Positions 13,001-21,570 of a stretch of DNA of 64,000 nucleotides are shown in pieces. Origin of the DNA: Limnothrix sp. BL-A-16 (GTDB taxonomy: Bacteria > Cyanobacteriota > Cyanobacteriia > CACIAM-69d); the NCBI GenBank assembly GCA_041937175.2, contig CP166615.1, positions 1,088,001 to 1,152,000 of the forward strand, in the 5' to 3' direction. Positions within the stretch are counted from its first letter, which is position 1. Each line of letters opens with the position of its first letter. The notes beneath the pieces are model-generated. The model did no database searches, had not been told where the DNA came from, and saw nothing but the letters and a program-made list of their open reading frames with translations. Position numbers and translations under genes: made by a program.

Positions 13001-13892
13001 CAATGGCGACACCATAGGAATCTAAGGGAATGGGGGCCGCACTGGTCATAATCCAGCGCAAAGTGCCATCGGGCCGCACAATCCCCTGCTCGACATTTTG
13101 AATTGGACGACCTTCCCGTAAGGCACGAATTGAGGGGTACTCTTCGGCGGGCATGGGGCTGCCGTCCGATCGCAAAATTTCCCATGCGGAGGAATCACAG
13201 GTGCGTTGGGTATGTTCTTCTTTGGAAACGCCTAAAATTCGTTTGGATTCTGGATTGGCTTCCAAAATCTGACCGCTAGCATTGGCGATGGAAACCCCGA
13301 TGGGCAAAATTTCAAAGAGGGTTCGATATTTTTGCTGACTTTCCTGGAGCGCATGTTCTAGCTGGAAGTGCTCTGTGAAATCAACAATCATGGCGTAATA
13401 ACCATGAACGCTTTGATCGATCGCTTGATCGGGAATTAGGGTGGCTCGAATATAGCGCTGTCCTCCTTGGGCATAGGGAAGAGCGCTTTCATAGGTCACA
13501 ATTTCTCCTTTTAAGACCCGATCAATATGGGGTTTAACTAATTGATAAGCCTGTTGACCGATTACCTCGGCTACTCGCTTTCCGCAAATGTCTTGAGGAC
13601 AGAGACCAAACCAGTCCTCATAGCTTTGGTTAACGTAGCGATAATATAAATCCCGATCGCAATAGGCAATACAAACGGGCAGAAGATCCATAATCTGCTG
13701 CCACTTTAAGGGATTATTCAAAAATATTGATGGAGATTTTTGGGCCGGTCTGGGCTGATGAAGTTCGGACTCCTCTATTTTGGCTTGCAGTGCTTTTACC
13801 TGCGCTTGGGCTTCGGCCAAGGCAGTTTGGGATTGTGCAAGCTGTTGTCGTAGATGCTGAACTTCAAGATCAGATGGGAGGAAGTCAGTCAT
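10083..13892 (-). CDS. Multi-PAS/PAC + GAF diguanylate cyclase
   Basis: Serial PAS/PAC repeats ending in DITxRK-like motifs, a GAF domain, RDGLTQIANRR, I-site RNTD and GGEEF. Start uncertain (ATG 13892; ORF open to 14033). Confidence 0.92.
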   Translation of the reverse strand: MTDFLPSDLEVQHLRQQLAQSQTALAEAQAQVKALQAKIEESELHQPRPAQKSPSIFLNNPLKWQQIMDLLPVCIAYCDRDLYYRYVNQSYEDWFGLCPQDICGKRVAEVIGQQAYQLVKPHIDRVLKGEIVTYESALPYAQGGQRYIRATLIPDQAIDQSVHGYYAMIVDFTEHFQLEHALQESQQKYRTLFEILPIGVSIANASGQILEANPESKRILGVSKEEHTQRTCDSSAWEILRSDGSPMPAEEYPSIRALREGRPIQNVEQGIVRPDGTLRWIMTSAAPIPLDSYGVAIAYIDITDRKATEEALRRSNAHYQSLANVLPQSLFREDCQGHCTFANQAFLDLLNLSDAEIFGKTVYDLYPYDLANRYSQETRWVLETGHILDVIEPHPLLGKNQDGSELSLVQVVKTPVRDSDGQIIGIQGIFWDVTERVYLERALRESEIKLNAVLSNTAAAIMSAYVFSNNSHRYDYCSAGCEDLFGYHPSEFLANNQLWLSIVHPEDLQKIVLPHFESIWAEETFQFSYRFLHRNGEWRWAMLTGTSQWESEINGWRVTKFHINITNQQRLADDLKIINDLYNLAIQSIGEGVWDWNILDDSILVSERYLELLGEEHQGLQSTQLFPETAFFKKIHPEDQEHWEQALTAHLQSYERYDIEVRFQHTQGHYIWVRIRGQAVWNGQGEPVRMVGTIEDISDRKFAEVALNQREQEFRNLAENSPDCIMRCDREGRFLYVNRTVLQLCRISEQDFIGKTSAELGFPEDLVQMWHEGIQTVLETGQKAFLEYEMSLPDGDHIFQSWVVPEVIQTPILDRERFGLSVAVPSWNSLENLQDFIGGSVLNLPHWVNSEKSESQSSNVMVNPVVIESVLVVARDITHLKRAQIALRQQADRERTLRSITQHIQSSLDLSEILDIAVTEVHRTLQADRTFILRFHGDNSGSIIQEVVKTDYPSMRDRQWPKTNSLWSRSSAEFAPRTQIIQEIPSDRPQMHLARLMEATGAQSQVMAAIVGTLPHGESHVWGLLIVQACANSRSWQGDEAELLQQVADQLAIAIQHSELLEQFRSQAEQLQQANHFLEEINSKLNDLSNRDGLTQIANRRCFDVVLQQEWQRCQRIQEPLSLILFDVDFFKKYNDLHGHPAGDQCLISIARSIDGLLQRNTDLVARYGGEEFVVVLPHTDSGGATQIAELIRQAVLNLQIFHSEHQGTTRYVTVSLGIASQVPQLDRSCQDLVQAADRALYQAKSLGRNTWVLASDDLPNQDPSSDQD

Positions 13893-14474
13893 AGCTAGCG
13901 GGGCAGACGCAGAAATAAGTGGTGAATCATGGTTATACCTTGCGATCGGGTCAAATTCTCCTAAGTTGCCTCCTAATTTATTTTTATGATTCATCACACT
14001 TTCCGGCGATGATGGAGCGATTCGCCTGGGCAAGGGTGACTAATCTGTGATGGGAAATCAATCCTGCTGTGCTCAAAACCAGTTTTGAAAATTAAGCTCT
14101 GGGGACTCAATTTTGGAAATTAAGTCACGAGGATTCAGCCTTGGGGATTCAGCACTGGGATTGCGATCAAATTTTGGGCTGATATCGTTAATCTTTGCAG
14201 GGTTGATCACCCTGAAACCGGATGATTGGTAGTGGTTTGATGGTCAGCGCCACTCAAAACCCGATCGGGTCGCTTATCCGGTTTTGGGCGCGATCGAACC
14301 GTAAGGGCTGTCAGAGTTGCCCTGCCTTTGGGGGCGATCCGGTGGTGACCGAGGGCGATCGATTGTTTGCCCCACTTCCTCCATGCACTGTGCTGGTTCC
14401 GCCGACTACACTGAGGACAGCCCCACCCCAGCAAGCTATGGGACTGCCATTCTCATTTCGCCCCGCTCATCCCC

Positions 14475-15956
14475 ATGAAACGTTTGCTGCAACCTTTTCA
14501 GGCTCGTTTGTCGCGAACGGTGGCCTTGGGGGTGTTGTTGAGTATTGTGACCATTGAGGCGGTGATTCTCATTCCCTCTTATTGGCGGCGGGAACGGGAG
14601 CTAATTGACTATATGCAGCGGATTTCCACTGCCAAGGTGGTGACCCTGGCGCGTTGGTCGCAGGCTGCACCGGAGTTTCAGGATCCCGTGCTGTTGGCTC
14701 AGCGGTTGGCCAATCAAACGGATGATCCCATTTCCTTGTGGAAAGGGCTGGCGTTCTATGACCAATCAGGGCGTTTGGTGGCCACGGTGGGGGAAAAGCC
14801 TGAGTTGACCATCACGGCGGTGGCTGCGGGTCGCCGTGAACAACTGAGCCACGATCAACAACGGCTCGATTTGGCTTGGCCGCCCGATGCCAGACGCAAC
14901 TACACCCTGGTGGTTCGCCACGACATGCACCCGGTTTATGCGGAATTGCGGGCTTTTATCCTCCGCATTCTGGGATTGGTGGTGCTGATTTCGGTGTTTG
15001 CAACGGGGGTGACGATGGTGGTGTTGTCGCGGGTGGCGATCGTGCCGATTTTACAAATGCGCGACGACCTGCGGCGAGCGGCGGACTTAATAAGTCGTGA
15101 GGATACCTCTGGGGAAATGTTGTATGCCTGCCAGGTCGATCGCCCCGATGAGTTGGGGGAGGTGATTACGGCTTTCCGGCATATGTATAACCGAATTCAC
15201 CAGGAAATTTTGGAGCGCCGACGGGCAGAACGGGAATCGGAAAGCCTGTTGCTGAATATTTTGCCGCCAGCGATCGCGGAACGATTGAAGCGGGGCGAAC
15301 ACCCGATTGCGGAACGGTTTGAACAGGCAACGGTGCTGTTTGCGGATTTGGTGGATTTCACCGGACTAGCAGCCCACATCACCCCGGGCGAGTTGGTGCA
15401 ACAGCTCAACCACATTTTTTCTGCGTTTGATGCGTTGGCCGATGCTTATGGCCTCGAAAAAATTAAGACGATCGGGGATGCCTACATGGTGGTGGGGGGC
15501 GTTCCGGATCCGCATCCGGACTGTGTGACAGCGGTGGCGGAAATGGCGCTGGCCATGCAACGGGCGATCGCGGACTACCAGCCCGCCGCCCACTCCACCC
15601 AACGCCCCTTTTCGATCCGAATCGGAATTCACACGGGGCCCGTGGTGGGCGGTGTGATTGGGATCCGCAAGTTTATTTATGACCTGTGGGGCGATACGGT
15701 GAACACAGCGAGCCGGATGGAGTCCCATGGAATGCCGGGCCAGATCCAGGTGACCGAAGCGGTTTACCAAACCCTGTGCGATCGATTCCAATTTGAGCGG
15801 CGGGGCGAAATTGCCATCAAGGGCAAGGGCACAATGACCACCTATTGGTTGCTCGATCGATTGGCGACCAACGGCCCCATGAATGGCGCAGCCGCGAACC
15901 CGGCGGCCCACCCCCCGATCGCCTCAGGATTTTCGGGAAATCGCCCGCTTTCCTAG
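14475..15956 (+). CDS. Membrane class III adenylate cyclase (2 TM, HAMP, cyclase domain)
   Basis: LFADLVDFT, EKIKTIGDAYM, YDLWGDTVNTASRMES, and HAMP motif DELGEV. Confidence 0.92.
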   Translation: MKRLLQPFQARLSRTVALGVLLSIVTIEAVILIPSYWRRERELIDYMQRISTAKVVTLARWSQAAPEFQDPVLLAQRLANQTDDPISLWKGLAFYDQSGRLVATVGEKPELTITAVAAGRREQLSHDQQRLDLAWPPDARRNYTLVVRHDMHPVYAELRAFILRILGLVVLISVFATGVTMVVLSRVAIVPILQMRDDLRRAADLISREDTSGEMLYACQVDRPDELGEVITAFRHMYNRIHQEILERRRAERESESLLLNILPPAIAERLKRGEHPIAERFEQATVLFADLVDFTGLAAHITPGELVQQLNHIFSAFDALADAYGLEKIKTIGDAYMVVGGVPDPHPDCVTAVAEMALAMQRAIADYQPAAHSTQRPFSIRIGIHTGPVVGGVIGIRKFIYDLWGDTVNTASRMESHGMPGQIQVTEAVYQTLCDRFQFERRGEIAIKGKGTMTTYWLLDRLATNGPMNGAAANPAAHPPIASGFSGNRPLS

Positions 15957-16480
15957 GCCTTGGGGGGCGTTACCCCCATCCGAATTTCGGAGCAGAAGGA
16001 GGCAAAGGTGGGGCCGCCCGATCGGGTTGTGGTGCTCGATCGAAACCGGAGATTATCGCTAGCAAACCAGATTCGTTCCTCAATCCAGCCACCGTCCACC
16101 GGCAACGTAATCCACAGGGCCCCGTCACTGCCGAAACTGTAGCGACCCGGTTGGGGCTGGCCATTGCTGCCCGGCGTGGCCAACAGCGGCCCCGCGCCCG
16201 ACGGATCCGGAGCCAAGGCCAACAGCACCGAGGATCCCAATTCTTTATTCGGAGAAGCCGTAATCGCTTCCCAACGCATTTTCAGACCCGCCGCGATCGC
16301 CTGCGGATCGGCCCCATATTTCTGACAAAGGGCGATCGCCTCCGGTGCGTCGGCCGTTAGGGTCTCCATCCAAAGATCCCCTTTGCCCAAAACGGATTTG
16401 CGATCGGTCAAATTGTGGCCCGTCCGTTGGGAAAACCACTTACCCACACATTTTTCTAAAAATTCAGCGATCGTGCTCAT
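15953..16480 (-). CDS. CpcS/CpeS-family phycobiliprotein lyase
   Basis: EFLEKCVGKWFSQRTGH, EERIWFASDNLRFR and ASFCSEIRMG. Confidence 0.9.
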   Translation of the reverse strand: MSTIAEFLEKCVGKWFSQRTGHNLTDRKSVLGKGDLWMETLTADAPEAIALCQKYGADPQAIAAGLKMRWEAITASPNKELGSSVLLALAPDPSGAGPLLATPGSNGQPQPGRYSFGSDGALWITLPVDGGWIEERIWFASDNLRFRSSTTTRSGGPTFASFCSEIRMGVTPPKA

Positions 16481-16667
16481 GATGAAACAGAGAATTGATG
16501 GTTGATTAGGGTTTTGCCGTAAAAAAATACTCAAAAAAGGTCAGGGCTGAAATGGGTTGGGCCCTGGGAAGCCGAAAATGCGTTTTGCTCGCCTGGCCAA
16601 GTCACAGTTTGGATCTGAGCCAGGCCGAGCAACTCAAAGCCCCATGAATCCAGGTTATGAATCCAGG

Positions 16668-17375
16668 TTATGAATCCAGGGGCTGATCGGCCAGGGGATT
16701 CGACGGTTGATCGAGTTGATCAAGCTGTTGCAATCCATAACGCGCCGCTTCGGCCACCTGGGGATGGCTATCTTTGGCAAGATATTTCAGGGCCGATCGG
16801 CTCTTTTCACTGGGCAACTTACCCAGCGATTCCGCCAAGCGTTGTCGCACCAGCCAATCATCCGACTGCACAAAGGTCAACATCCGCTCAACGGCTTCCA
16901 CGGCTCCCACCTCGCCCAGCGCCGCGATCGCCGCCTGCTGCACAATCACCTCCGGACTGTCCAGCGCATCGATCAGGGTTTTGCGGGCGCGTGGATCGCC
17001 CAAGTTCCCTAACGAAACGGCCGCACTGAAGCGCACCAACCAATCCGTATCCTCATAGAACAGGCGGATCAGGGGTTCAACGGCGCGGGTGTCGTGCAAA
17101 TAGCCTAACGCTCCGGCCGCATTGGCGCGGATGCTGTAGTCTTTGTCCGCCAACAGACCCATCAGCAGATCAAAGCATTCCTCTGTGGGCTTCAGTCCTA
17201 GGGCAAAAACGGCCATGGTGCGCACTTGCAAATGGTCGTCGTTGAGGACTTTTTTAATCAGCGGGACCGCATCAACCGGCGACACATCCCGCAAAGCCGT
17301 GAGGCCCAGGAGTCGATCGCGCGAATTGGGGCTTTCGAGTTGGTCGGCAATGCGATCAAGATTGGGATCAGACAT
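16668..17375 (-). CDS. HEAT-repeat protein, NblB-like
   Basis: PBS-lyase HEAT repeats: EDTDWLVRFSAAVSLGNLGD, SDDWLVRQRLAESL. Confidence 0.85.
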   Translation of the reverse strand: MSDPNLDRIADQLESPNSRDRLLGLTALRDVSPVDAVPLIKKVLNDDHLQVRTMAVFALGLKPTEECFDLLMGLLADKDYSIRANAAGALGYLHDTRAVEPLIRLFYEDTDWLVRFSAAVSLGNLGDPRARKTLIDALDSPEVIVQQAAIAALGEVGAVEAVERMLTFVQSDDWLVRQRLAESLGKLPSEKSRSALKYLAKDSHPQVAEAARYGLQQLDQLDQPSNPLADQPLDS

Positions 17376-17424
17376 GGGGTGAGGCTACCAAAACGGATCG
17401 ACGAATTGGCCGAGCATTTCACCA

Positions 17425-18081
17425 TCATACCAAGGGCCCACTCTCCCCAGACATGACCGGGGATCGCGAGGCCAGCCGCGGCCGCAACCAACCCAAATAT
17501 TCTTCATCGCGTCGTCGATCGATGGAGTGAGCCGATCGTTGAAGTTCTTGGATCACGAACTGTGGCTCAAAAAGTTGCTGAATTTCGGCAACGCTGATGC
17601 CAAAGGGTGGGCCACCGGGGCGATCGTGGGCGAAAAACACCGCCACCAAGGAGCCTTGATCCGTCAGGAGCGATCGCACGGCCTGCACATAGGCCGGCCG
17701 CAGACTGGGATCAATCGCACAAAAGCAGGTGTGCTCAATCACCCAATCAAATTGCCCAACCCAATTAGCCGCCAAATTGAGAATATCCGCCTGCACAAAT
17801 TCCGCCGCCACCCCCCGATCGCGGGCAGCCTGGTCAGCTTCAGCAATGGCGGAAGGAGCCAAATCAAACCCCACGACCTGAAAGCCCCGATCGGCTAAAA
17901 ACATCGCGTCATGGCCCCGGCCGCAGCCCACCACAGCCATGCGTCCCCCCGGTATCACGTCGGGGCGATCGGCCCAGGCTGCTAAAACGGGTGATGGTTG
18001 CCCCAAGTCCCAGCCAGTCTTGCCTGTTTGGTAGGCCGTTTCCCAAAAATCAATCGTTGGTTGTTCCCCGCTCAGAACCAT
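17425..18081 (-). CDS. TPMT / thiol-halide family SAM-dependent methyltransferase
   Basis: FWETAYQTGKTGWDLG, VGCGRGHD, EHTCFCAIDP and GGPPFG. Start uncertain. Confidence 0.85.
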   Translation of the reverse strand: MVLSGEQPTIDFWETAYQTGKTGWDLGQPSPVLAAWADRPDVIPGGRMAVVGCGRGHDAMFLADRGFQVVGFDLAPSAIAEADQAARDRGVAAEFVQADILNLAANWVGQFDWVIEHTCFCAIDPSLRPAYVQAVRSLLTDQGSLVAVFFAHDRPGGPPFGISVAEIQQLFEPQFVIQELQRSAHSIDRRRDEEYLGWLRPRLASRSPVMSGESGPLV

Positions 18082-18358
18082 GTTGAGGTGTTTGCCGTTA
18101 GTTAATGGATTGGGTATCAATTCTTTGGTCATTATTGAGTATGGGCTGATGGGCATGGGCTAAACATGGCCTGAATTGGCGATGGACTGAAGCAATCCGG
18201 GGCTAGGGCCTGTTCGTTATTGCCTGAAATCAGGCGGAAATGGTTGATTGGCGATGCCCCATGTGCTTCAGAGATCCCTGCCAACCATGGCCCACGGTTT
18301 CCTGTCCGAGATTCCCCTCTCACCCAACTTCACGACCCCATTTCACCACTTCTGACCT

Positions 18359-19852
18359 ATGCAATCGATCGCCCTTCCTCAGGATTCGTTCAATCAACAG
18401 TGGCTAGCGGCGATCGCCCCGGAAGATTGGGTGAATCCGCAACCAGCGGATTGCTATGACCTGGTGGTGGTCGGCGGCGGGCCGGCGGGTTTGGTGGCGG
18501 CGGCCGGCGCAGCGGGCTTGGGCTTGGGGCTAAAGGTGGCCCTCATTGAGCGCCGCTGGTTGGGTGGGGATTGTTTGAATGTGGGCTGTGTTCCCTCCAA
18601 GAGCTTGATTGCGGCGGCCAAAGTGGCCCGATCGCCCGTGGAACCCGAAACCTTTGCAGCGGCCATGGCCCACCTGCGAGCCGTGCGATCGCGTTTGGCG
18701 GTGCATGACTCAGCCCAGCGGTTTCAGGGGCTGGGGGTCGATGTGTTTTTGGGCGAAGGGCGCTTTCAAGATCCTCGGGCGATCGCGGTGGGTTCCCAAA
18801 CGCTGCGGTTCAAAAAAGCCGTGATTGCCACCGGAACCCGTCCGCGCGTGCCGCCAATTCCGGGCTTGGCCGCAGCAGGCTCTGTCACCAATGAGGCCCT
18901 TTTTAATTGGGTGCAACGGCCCGATCGCCTGGCTATTTTGGGCGGCGGCCCGATCGGCTGTGAATTGGCCCAGGCCTTTGCCCGGTTGGGAACCCACGTG
19001 ACCCTCATTCAACGGCGATCGCGCCTGTTGCCGCGCGAAAGTGCGGCCGCGGCTGCCATTGTGCAACGGGCCCTGGAACGGGCAGGGGTCACGGTGTTGA
19101 CGGGGCAAACGGTGACCCAAGTGAATCGATCGCCCTTGGGTTGTGAAATTCAAATGGCCCAACATCCTGCGATTGCTGTGGATGAAATTCTGGTGGCCAC
19201 CGGTCGATCGCCCAATGTTGAAACCCTGAACCTGGAAGCGGCCCAAGTGGCCCTTGGCCCCCAAGGGATCGCTGTCAATGATTTTCTGCAAACCAGCAAT
19301 CCTCGCATCTTTGCGGCGGGCGACGTGTGCCAGGGCGATCGGTTCACCCATGCGGCCGATGCGGCGGCCCGTCTTGTTTTGCAAAATGCCCTGTTTACGC
19401 CCTTTGGCCTGGGCAAGGGCCGTTGGAGCAAGGTCACTATTCCCCGGGTCACCTACACCGATCCGGAAGTGGCCAGCGTGGGCTGGATTGATTCCGGAGA
19501 GGGAATGAGCGCAATTGGCCCGGGGCCGGCCCCTCGGTTGATTGAAGTACCCTTAAGCCAAGTCGATCGGGCCCAGACCGACCAGGTTGCTGAAGGGTGC
19601 TTGCAAGTGTGGCTAGCACCCGATCGAGACCAAATTTTGGGGGCCACGCTCATTGCTCCCCACGCGGGCGAAACCATTGGCGAAATTGCCCTAGCCATGG
19701 CCGCCGGTTGGGGGCTGGGCCGGCTCGCCAAAGTGGTGCATCCCTATCCCACCCAGGCTGAATGCATCAAAAAGGCGGCGGATGCCTATCGCAAAACCCA
19801 ACTGTCCGATCGCACCCGCCAGTTACTGGCCTGGTTGCATCGCTGGAGCTAG
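18359..19852 (+). CDS. FAD-dependent pyridine nucleotide-disulfide oxidoreductase (MerA-like family)
   Basis: GGGPAG, redox motif GGDCLNVGCVPSK, GGGPIG and HPYPTQAE. No C-terminal Cys pair. Confidence 0.88.
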   Translation: MQSIALPQDSFNQQWLAAIAPEDWVNPQPADCYDLVVVGGGPAGLVAAAGAAGLGLGLKVALIERRWLGGDCLNVGCVPSKSLIAAAKVARSPVEPETFAAAMAHLRAVRSRLAVHDSAQRFQGLGVDVFLGEGRFQDPRAIAVGSQTLRFKKAVIATGTRPRVPPIPGLAAAGSVTNEALFNWVQRPDRLAILGGGPIGCELAQAFARLGTHVTLIQRRSRLLPRESAAAAAIVQRALERAGVTVLTGQTVTQVNRSPLGCEIQMAQHPAIAVDEILVATGRSPNVETLNLEAAQVALGPQGIAVNDFLQTSNPRIFAAGDVCQGDRFTHAADAAARLVLQNALFTPFGLGKGRWSKVTIPRVTYTDPEVASVGWIDSGEGMSAIGPGPAPRLIEVPLSQVDRAQTDQVAEGCLQVWLAPDRDQILGATLIAPHAGETIGEIALAMAAGWGLGRLAKVVHPYPTQAECIKKAADAYRKTQLSDRTRQLLAWLHRWS

Positions 19853-19979
19853 GCCCCCTCTCGATCGCGGACAGCGGGCCCCCAGCAATCCGCCTGGTTC
19901 GGTTGGCCCAGCCACCTGCCCACCCCAGACACCGCTTCTGATCCTTCCCTCTCCACTGAACAACTGCTGAACAACTGCT

Positions 19980-20984
19980 ATGAAACGACGGGATTTGCTG
20001 TATGGCCTAAGCGCTGCCGGTAGCGCGATCGTCCTCAACAATTGCACCTTCGCGCCCAGCACACCCCAGCGCAGCCGCCGAGCTGCCCTGTTCAAGGTGG
20101 CCATGCTGTTGCCCCGGGGCGCAGACAGTGACGATTGGTGCCGAGAAGGCATGACCGGCCTCGGGCGCATTGAGCGGGAATTAAACGCAGAAATTGCCTA
20201 CACCGATGACATCAACAAAGGGTTACCCGCCAGCCTGCCGCAAGCGCTCGATCGCTACGCCAAAGAAGGTTTTGGCTTCATCATTGGCCACAGCGGAACC
20301 TTCCGCGACGATATGGTCAAGGCCGCAGTTCGTTATCCCCGCACCCGTTTTGCCATAGTGGCTAGCGACAGCGGCAACAACCGGAATTTCGGAGCCTTGG
20401 GCTACCGCAACTCCGAGTTAGGCTACCTGCTGGGGGCGACCCTGGCCTTGCAGCCCAAATTGCAACATATTGGCCTGATCACCAGCCTGCCCACCCCACC
20501 CATTAAGCAATTCAACTTAGCCTTCCAAAATGCCCTGCGCCGCTTTGCACCCGATCGCAAGCTTTCGATCGAATGGGTTGGGAGTTTTGATGACGAACCC
20601 AAGGCGATCGCCCTCACCCAAAAGCTGATCGGCGCGGGAATTGATGGGTTGGCCATGAACTGTTGGACGAATAATCCTGCCATTGTTAACGTAGCGGTCG
20701 ATCGCCAACTGCCCATGGTGGTGCTGGGCCCCGATTCTCGCAAATTGGCCCCCAACTTAATTTTGGCCAGTGGTCTCATCCATGTGCCGGAGCTAATTTT
20801 GCATGGGGCCCGACTGGCCCAACGGGGACGTTGGGAAGGTCGCCAATACCTCTTTGGCCTATCAGAACGGGTGCTGGAATTTATTCCCACCATTGGTAAC
20901 CTGAATCCTGAGAGTCAAAAGGAAATTGTGGATCTCCATGACCAAATTCGTAGCGGCCGCTTGGAGGTTTTAGAGGAGCGTTAA
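19980..20984 (+). CDS. BMP-family periplasmic binding lipoprotein
   Basis: Twin-Arg-like leader KRRDLL with a lipobox Cys. KVAMLL...DDW...FIIGHS...YPRTRF...WVGSFDD pattern of BMP/PnrA proteins. Confidence 0.8.
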   Translation: MKRRDLLYGLSAAGSAIVLNNCTFAPSTPQRSRRAALFKVAMLLPRGADSDDWCREGMTGLGRIERELNAEIAYTDDINKGLPASLPQALDRYAKEGFGFIIGHSGTFRDDMVKAAVRYPRTRFAIVASDSGNNRNFGALGYRNSELGYLLGATLALQPKLQHIGLITSLPTPPIKQFNLAFQNALRRFAPDRKLSIEWVGSFDDEPKAIALTQKLIGAGIDGLAMNCWTNNPAIVNVAVDRQLPMVVLGPDSRKLAPNLILASGLIHVPELILHGARLAQRGRWEGRQYLFGLSERVLEFIPTIGNLNPESQKEIVDLHDQIRSGRLEVLEER

Positions 20985-21570
20985 GCCATCAAGGTTTTGG
21001 GATTAGATGAAGTACTCTCAATCTCTCGTGGTAATTATCATCGCACTTAAAATAGGTATTGATTTAGGTATGGGCTTTGGTTGAATTTAGGGTTTCGGTT
21101 GAATTTAGTTCAGTGGGGATCAATTCGCTTGGCAAATTCCTCCTAGACTGCAATCTGGACAGCCAGGGCGTTGAGGTATTGCAAGAAACAAGCTGAATAG
21201 TCAGAAAATAGATGTACAGCTTGATAGACCGAATCAACCGGCCAATGGACGGGTTCATCGATCGACTTGTGATCCCTTGATTGAGGTGCAAACTGAATCA
21301 GCCAATGGGCAAGCTGATGAGTTGGCTAATGAATGGGTGAATTTATTGATTGGTCTATGGGTCAATTGGCCAGTTGTTGGCCGGTTGATTGATGGGTCGA
21401 TTGGCCGATTAATCCATGTGCCGGCTGATGTGCTGGCTGATGTATGGTTGGGCTATGGGTTTAACAGCAACAGTTGCTCGCCAAATGATGCCAACGGTTA
21501 AGGTGCAGGGGAAAGTGCTAAACAATCGTCAACCCTCTGCTGCCAGCGAGGCGTTATGGATTAGCCACGA

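Noticed and set aside
18359..19852. Mercury resistance (merA)
   Set aside because: No C-terminal Cys-Cys, no NmerA domain, and no merR/T/P genes.
21064..21501. Short ORFs between the BMP gene and the kinase
   Set aside because: Derived from degenerate short repeats, with no family signal. Translation cannot be supported.
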